Assembly (NCBI GenBank): GCA_963767005.1
Contig: CAVYCN010000004.1
Coordinates: 384,001-448,000, forward strand
Direction of reading: 5' to 3'
Length of the DNA stretch: 64,000 bases
Source: an uncultured Actinomycetes bacterium
Lineage (GTDB): Bacteria; Actinomycetota; Thermoleophilia; UBA2241
Positions 58,766-64,000 of this stretch are shown in pieces. The position numbers were made by a program, and so were the translations under genes. Below the pieces are notes generated by a model. It was not told the origin of the DNA. It did no database searches and saw only the letters and a list, made by a program, of their open reading frames with translations. How positions within the stretch are numbered: position 1 is the stretch's first letter; each line of letters opens with the position of its first letter.

Positions 58766-60094
58766 TTGAGCGTTGACCTACGCCTGCAGTCCGGCGCGGA
58801 GGAGCGCGTCGTCGAAGCCGTGCGGGAGGGCGCGGACGAGCTCGTCGGCATCGTCGCCGACCTGGTCGCCTTCGACACCACGGCCCGGCTCCCCGGCGAG
58901 CCGGCGCGCGAGGAGCGGGCGCTGCAGGAGTACCTGCGCGGCGTCCTGGTCGAGCTCGGCGCCGAGGCCGACGTGTGGGAGCCCGAGCCGGTGCCGGCGG
59001 GGCATCCGGTCCTGCCCAACGGCCTCGACTTTCGCGGGCGGCCGCAGCTTGCCGCGCACCTGTCCGGAGCGGGCGGCGGTCGCAGCCTGCTGCTGAACGG
59101 CCACATCGACGCCGTGTCGGCCGAGCCCGTGGCGCAGTGGGCGAGCGACCCCTTCACGGCGCGGGTGCGCGACGGCGTGCTCTACGGCCGCGGCACCTGC
59201 GACATGAAGGGCGGGATCGCCGACCAGCTCTTCGCCCTGATCGTCCTGCGCCGGCTCGGCGTCAGGCTGGCCGGGGACGCCGTCTTCTGCACGAACACCG
59301 ACGAGGAATCGAGCGGGGCCGGGTCGTACGCCTGCGTCGAGCACGGCGTGCGCGCCGATGCCGGTGTCAGCGGCGAGCCGACCGCCTTCGACGCCTGGGT
59401 CGCCTGCCGCGGGGCCGTGAACGCGACGATCACGGTCGAGGGGCGTCCCGGTCACGCCGAGGTGCGCCAGCCCGACTGGCGCCTGGGCGGGGCGGTCAAC
59501 GCGATCGACAAGATGGCGCTCGTCCTGCAGGGCATCCACACGCTGCGCGAAGACTGGCGGACGCGTGGCGACCACGCTCACCCGTTGCTCAGCCCCGGCG
59601 ACATCGTGCCGACCATCGTACGGGGCGGCGAGTGGATCGTGACCTTCCCCTCGTCGTGCGAGCTCACCCTCGACCTGCAGTACCTGCCCGGCCAGGTCGG
59701 CGCCGACGGCACGGGCAGGGATGTCTTCCGCGAGGTCGAGACGTTCGTGAACTCGGCGGCGGCGTCGGACCCCTGGCTCGCCGCGCACCCGCCGCGCTGG
59801 GAGTGGCCCTGCGACATCATCCCGGCCGAGATCCCGACCGACCACCCCATCGTGCTCGCCGCGCTCCAGGCGGGGGCCGACCTGGGCCGTGCCGGCGTGG
59901 CGGGGGGCATGGACTCCTGGCACGATCCCGCCGTCTTCATCCGCCGCGGCGGCATCCCCACGATCTCGTTCGGCCCGGGCGGTTTCGACGTGGCTCACAG
60001 GATCGACGAGTGTGTGCCGGTGGCCGACCTGGTCGACCACGCCAGCGCCGTGGCGTTGCTCCTCATGCGGTGGTGCGGGGTAGCGGGCGGCTGA
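58766..60094 (+). CDS. M20 family ArgE/DapE-like deacylase
   Basis: LLNGHIDAV, GRGTCDMKGG, DEE, GEPT, AHRIDE. Confidence 0.92.
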   Translation: MSVDLRLQSGAEERVVEAVREGADELVGIVADLVAFDTTARLPGEPAREERALQEYLRGVLVELGAEADVWEPEPVPAGHPVLPNGLDFRGRPQLAAHLSGAGGGRSLLLNGHIDAVSAEPVAQWASDPFTARVRDGVLYGRGTCDMKGGIADQLFALIVLRRLGVRLAGDAVFCTNTDEESSGAGSYACVEHGVRADAGVSGEPTAFDAWVACRGAVNATITVEGRPGHAEVRQPDWRLGGAVNAIDKMALVLQGIHTLREDWRTRGDHAHPLLSPGDIVPTIVRGGEWIVTFPSSCELTLDLQYLPGQVGADGTGRDVFREVETFVNSAAASDPWLAAHPPRWEWPCDIIPAEIPTDHPIVLAALQAGADLGRAGVAGGMDSWHDPAVFIRRGGIPTISFGPGGFDVAHRIDECVPVADLVDHASAVALLLMRWCGVAGG

Positions 60095-60185
60095 GGCGGG
60101 CAGGTGTCGGGTGGCTGAGCGGCAAGTCGCGGGCGGTCGAGGCGGGCCGGGGCCGCGTGGCGCGCCTGCCCGCGCGTCGTCACGT

Positions 60186-60973
60186 CTACCGGTGTGTCAC
60201 GAGGAAGGTCTCGTCGTCATAGAGGATCGCCGACGGGCGCGCCCCAGGCGGCGATGACGTCACGGTCCGGGTCAGGTGCCAGTGGCTCAGGGGACGGCCG
60301 TTGACCCGGCAGTCCATGAAGCGGACGGGCCCGAGCGACGCGACGCCGTGGCCGTCGTCGCGTGTCTCGACGATGATCTCGGCGCTCGCGCAGGCCGCGG
60401 CCGGCGCCCGCCGGTCGCGACGTACCCGGCCCAGTTGGTCGAGACGCGGACGGTCGGCTTGGGCGTGGAGAGGGCACCTGCGGTCGTACCGGTGCGCGAG
60501 GTCGCCCCGCCGATCGAAGGCGTGTGGAGCCTGAAGACGCCCGCCACGAGCAGGATCGCGACGACCAGTGCGACGATGCTCAGAGCAGCGGCGATGGAGC
60601 GACCGCGGCCTGCGCTGAGTCGGCGGCCTTGTGGCGCGCCGGTGGGACCGGGGGCCGTCAGAGCGAGCTCTGGGTCGGAGGCGGACGGGGCGAGCTCCCG
60701 GGCGGTGGTGAGCTCCCGCTCGGCAGAGAGCTCGCGCGCCGCGGCCTGCTCGACCAGGGAGTACGTGTCGGGCGACGCCCAGAGCAGGAACCCCTGCCGG
60801 CCATACTCCTGCACCGCCCGGGCTTCGAGCCGCCCGTCCTGCTCGAGGGTGAACACGGCGCCGTCGTAGGTGATCGTGCGGCCGTCCCACTTGGTGATGG
60901 GACTGAAGGTGGCGATCAGCCAGCGCGCCGGCGGATGCGAACCGCACTCGTGCTGCCGGTCTTCTGGATCCAA
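60186..60973 (-). pseudogene. Membrane-anchored G1 (glutamic) peptidase-like gene with internal deletion and frameshift
   Basis: Frame A: TM then STNWAGYVATGG; frame B resumes ASAEIIVE...LGPVRFMDCRVNG...TFLVT; middle of the domain absent. Confidence 0.65.
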
Positions 60974-61028
60974 GGTCCCCCCAGGTCCTGGACGCCGCGG
61001 CGTGCGTTGGCGGCGGCGAGCTCGCAGG

Positions 61029-62384
61029 TCAGGCGTGAGCGTAGGCGCTGCCGCCGGTCGGCCTGACCGCCTTGGCCCGCTCGCGGTCGAGCGACAGGAA
61101 CGCCTCGACGCAGTGAGCGTCGAACTGCGTCCCGGCGCCGTTCGCAAGCTCGGCGATGGCGACCTCGTGCGAGAGCGCCGCGCGGTACGGACGGTCCGAC
61201 GTCATGGCGTCGTAGACGTCGGCCACCGCGATGATGCGGGAACCGAGTGGGATGTCCTCACCCGAGAGCCCCTCGGGATAGCCGGTGCCGTCCCAGCGCT
61301 CGTGGTGGTGCATGATGATGTCGGCGCCGGCGCCGAACAGGTTGAACTGCCCGGCCAAGGCCGCACCGGCCGCCGGGTGCTTGTTGATCTGGCGCCGCTC
61401 CTCCTCGGTCAGCTTGCCTTCCTTGAAGAGGATGCGGTTGTCGATCGAGATCTTGCCGAGGTCGTGGATATGCGCCGCTGAGACGACCAACTCGACCATG
61501 TTGCTCGGCAGACCGAGCGCAACCGCAATGCGCTCTGCGTGGTCGGCGACTCGCTTGGAGTGCTCGTAGGTGTACCGGTCGCGCTTGTCGAGGGTGTCGG
61601 CGAGCAGGACAAGGGCCTTCTCGGTGTCCGTCTTCAAGTGTGCGTAGAGCACGAAGCCCTTATACAGGACCCATATCAGCAGCGGGAAGTACAAGAGCGT
61701 CCACGGACTCTGTGCGTATGCGTTCGCGACGACGGCGCCGAGTGGGGCCATCGCCAGATAGAAGACTCCGCCCTCTCGCATCGACAGCAGCCAGCAGCGC
61801 CAGAAGGGCCGTCCGTGCAGGGCGAATACTCCACTCACCAGCATCCCGTTGACTGAGATGAAGACAAGTGCCGCGACGGCGTAGGCTGCGGCGTTCGACG
61901 TTAGACTCACGCTCGGGACAGCTCGCAAGGCTAGGAAGCTCAACCCGGCAAGTCCGCCGATTAGCGTCGACTGGCCACATTCGAAGGCCACCTTCAGCGC
62001 GCCTTTGCGGCGGAGAACTCCCTCCCCGACGAGCGCCCCGATGCACGCCGCCAAGGCACCAAAGGCCGGGCCGAAGAGCACGGCAGCCGCAAACGTGGGC
62101 GTGAAACACAGGGAGATCGCACCGTGATCGGACATGTGGACCGTCCACGAATCGCTCAACGCGATGACTCCCGCGAACAAGGCGAGCGCCGCCCATTGGT
62201 GCTTCGGAAGTGTCGAGAGTGTCGCGAGGACCAGCGTCAGTGCAGCTACGTCGACCGCCGCGACGTAGGCGGGTATCCGGCGTGCTCGTCGACCTATGGT
62301 AGGGAAGTTAGGACGCCGCTCAGCGCCTTCGCTGCGAGCATCTATCGCGGCTGACCGCGTCCTTGGCGACCAGAGCGTCATCAT
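61029..62384 (-). CDS. Membrane-bound HD-GYP c-di-GMP phosphodiesterase
   Basis: 6-7 TM sensor region, HSKRV, HDLGK, HHERWDGTGYP, IIAVADVYDAMTSDRPYR; RBS AGGAG. Confidence 0.92.
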   Translation of the reverse strand: MMTLWSPRTRSAAIDARSEGAERRPNFPTIGRRARRIPAYVAAVDVAALTLVLATLSTLPKHQWAALALFAGVIALSDSWTVHMSDHGAISLCFTPTFAAAVLFGPAFGALAACIGALVGEGVLRRKGALKVAFECGQSTLIGGLAGLSFLALRAVPSVSLTSNAAAYAVAALVFISVNGMLVSGVFALHGRPFWRCWLLSMREGGVFYLAMAPLGAVVANAYAQSPWTLLYFPLLIWVLYKGFVLYAHLKTDTEKALVLLADTLDKRDRYTYEHSKRVADHAERIAVALGLPSNMVELVVSAAHIHDLGKISIDNRILFKEGKLTEEERRQINKHPAAGAALAGQFNLFGAGADIIMHHHERWDGTGYPEGLSGEDIPLGSRIIAVADVYDAMTSDRPYRAALSHEVAIAELANGAGTQFDAHCVEAFLSLDRERAKAVRPTGGSAYAHA

Positions 62385-62520
62385 TGGTGCAGTGTCTCCT
62401 GTGCCCGACACCGGCCGCGAACGGCCCGACTCATGGGTGCACGGTGCACGCCCGCCGGTACTTCATTCTCGGTCAGACGTGCGGTTCCCTTGAGTTGACC
62501 ACGGCAGATTGTGCCGCCCC

Positions 62521-62547
62521 GGTCCCGCGGGGACCTTCCCCTATAAT
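62521..62547 (+). promoter_or_regulatory. -10 box with upstream inverted repeat for the radical SAM gene
   Basis: TATAAT at 62542-62547; GGTCCC-GCG-GGGACC in place of a -35 box. Confidence 0.45.
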
Positions 62548-62573
62548 GCGGCGAAGCGACTCGAGGGGGCCAG

Positions 62574-64000
62574 GTGAGCGAAGAATCCGCGGACAGGGTT
62601 GAGTACCACAGCGTGAAGGCTTTCGCTCGCGAGGAGCCCCGAATTGAGCTCATCGAGACCATGCTCAGGTCGGTTCTCGCGGCGGTTGACCTTGAGTATC
62701 AGGGCAAGCCCGTGCGGATCGACGGCTTTCGACTCCGCGACGCCGAGGATTGGCGCACGGTGCGCGAGACGTCGCTCCAACAAAACCTCGGCTCGTTCTC
62801 CACGGCCTGCAATTGCCACTGCGAATTCTGCTATGAGGACGGGAACCCAGAAGGCCTGTTCGTCAGGGAGCCCCGCTTCGTGAGCCTTGCTGAGGCCAAG
62901 ACGCGGTCGCGGCACGTACACGACGGCCAAGGGATGATGCGCGAGACAAAGTGCTTCTTCGAGCCCTTGGCCAATCCGCAGTTCCTCTCCCTGCTCGAGG
63001 TCGTTCGTGAGCGCCATCCCGACCAGGTGATTGACGTCACGACGAACGGGAGTCTGCTCACGAGCGACGTTGTCGCTCGCCTTGCGGACCTCAAGCCCGT
63101 CTACGTGAACCTTTCGCTGATTTCCGCGAACGGACCGGTTCGTCGGCGCATCATGCGGGACCGCAGGGCACAAACTGCCATCGACGCAATTCGGCACCTT
63201 CGAGCCCGCGAGGTCCCCTTCATGGGGACGCTCGTGCCTCTGCCCGATCAGGGGCTCCAGGATGTCACCGAAACGCTGGAGTACCTCGACGCATACGACG
63301 CCCGACTGGTGCGCGTGGCTCCCCCCGGGCTGAGCCGCTACCATCCAAGCTACAGGCCCGGGATCTTCGAGACGTGGGTGCCCGACCTCGTTGAGCATCT
63401 CTTAGCTGAGCGCCAGCGTCTCGCGACCCCTGTGATCGTCAGCCCCTTCGGCTTCGCCTCGGTGTCGATCGAGCCCATAGTCGAGGGGGTTATTCGCAGC
63501 TCCCCTGCGGCGAGCGCAGGAGTGCGCCTAGGGGACAAGGTGACTGTCGTCGACGGCACCAAGGTCGTGTCGCGCTCGCACGCTGCCAGCCTGCTGCGGC
63601 GGGCAATGAGAGTAGGAGTCGTCGACGTCGAGATCGCGCGCGGCTCGAAAACCAGACGTTTGCACCTGCAAGAGCCCGCCTTCGACGCTGACGCATACCC
63701 GCACAAGCCACGCGGCTACAAGCCGCTCGATTTTGCCGGCATGAGCTTCGGGTTGGTCCTGCCCGGTTCGTTCAAACTGCAATACGTCAAGCAGATACAC
63801 AGCAAGATTCAGGAGCGCAGCGCGAGGCACACGTTGATCGTGGCCTCGTCGTTCTATCGAGAGCTCGTTGAGAACCTGGTTCGCGACTTGCCGCTGCCCG
63901 ACGGTTCCTCGCTTGCCTTGGTCGTGCCGACCAACGGCTATTTCGGCGGGACCGTAAATGTCGGCGACCTGTGGGTGCTCGACGACATCGGTGACGCCGT
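62574..64000 (+). CDS. Radical SAM protein with PDZ and DUF512-type C-terminal region (runs off window; not in ORF track)
   Basis: Open frame from GTG 62574; CNCHCEFC motif, DVTTNGSLL, PDZ-like GVIRSSPAASAGVRLGDKVTVVDG, NGYFGGTVNVGDLWVLDD. Confidence 0.85.
   Translation, partial: MSEESADRVEYHSVKAFAREEPRIELIETMLRSVLAAVDLEYQGKPVRIDGFRLRDAEDWRTVRETSLQQNLGSFSTACNCHCEFCYEDGNPEGLFVREPRFVSLAEAKTRSRHVHDGQGMMRETKCFFEPLANPQFLSLLEVVRERHPDQVIDVTTNGSLLTSDVVARLADLKPVYVNLSLISANGPVRRRIMRDRRAQTAIDAIRHLRAREVPFMGTLVPLPDQGLQDVTETLEYLDAYDARLVRVAPPGLSRYHPSYRPGIFETWVPDLVEHLLAERQRLATPVIVSPFGFASVSIEPIVEGVIRSSPAASAGVRLGDKVTVVDGTKVVSRSHAASLLRRAMRVGVVDVEIARGSKTRRLHLQEPAFDADAYPHKPRGYKPLDFAGMSFGLVLPGSFKLQYVKQIHSKIQERSARHTLIVASSFYRELVENLVRDLPLPDGSSLALVVPTNGYFGGTVNVGDLWVLDDIGDA

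Noticed and set aside
62385-62573. RiPP precursor between HD-GYP and radical SAM genes
   Set aside because: Only very short ORFs without RBS or leader features (e.g. MKYRRACTVHP)
1-64000. CRISPR arrays, rRNA, transposases, integrases, phage genes
   Set aside because: No regularly spaced direct repeats or recognisable motifs found by eye

Overview
Very GC-rich bacterial chromosomal segment. Gene content and leaderless-looking starts suggest Actinomycetota, probably Thermoleophilia-like (inference, not a database result). Housekeeping genes include ychF, rlmN, galT, nfo, ferritin and rpmH-rnpA-yidD-yidC-jag, the last with no neighbouring dnaA. Amine/peptide scavenging modules include three pyrrolysine-free MttB-family methyltransferases, two Opp/Dpp ABC operons plus an orphan binding protein, a creatininase-family hydrolase, an APC permease with an M20 hydrolase, a CocE/NonD hydrolase, a saccharopine-dehydrogenase-like enzyme and related TetR regulators. 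A canonical tRNA-Sec(UCA) lies at 5248-5345. About 1.4 kb downstream, two unannotated small ORFs are joined in frame by a UGA-UGC junction followed by a possible SECIS-like hairpin, a speculative selenoprotein. The window ends in a compositionally atypical block: a membrane HD-GYP gene divergent from a radical SAM-PDZ-DUF512-type gene that the ORF track missed. Other oddities are a perfect 56-bp palindrome inside a DUF488 gene, loop-less intergenic palindromes, micro-ORFs bridging operon genes by double RTGA overlaps, three tandem DUF2007-like genes, a double-TetR gene apparently frameshifted at a G7 run, and two internally deleted pseudogenes. No CRISPR array, rRNA, transposase or integrase was seen. 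All functional calls come from motif recognition only.
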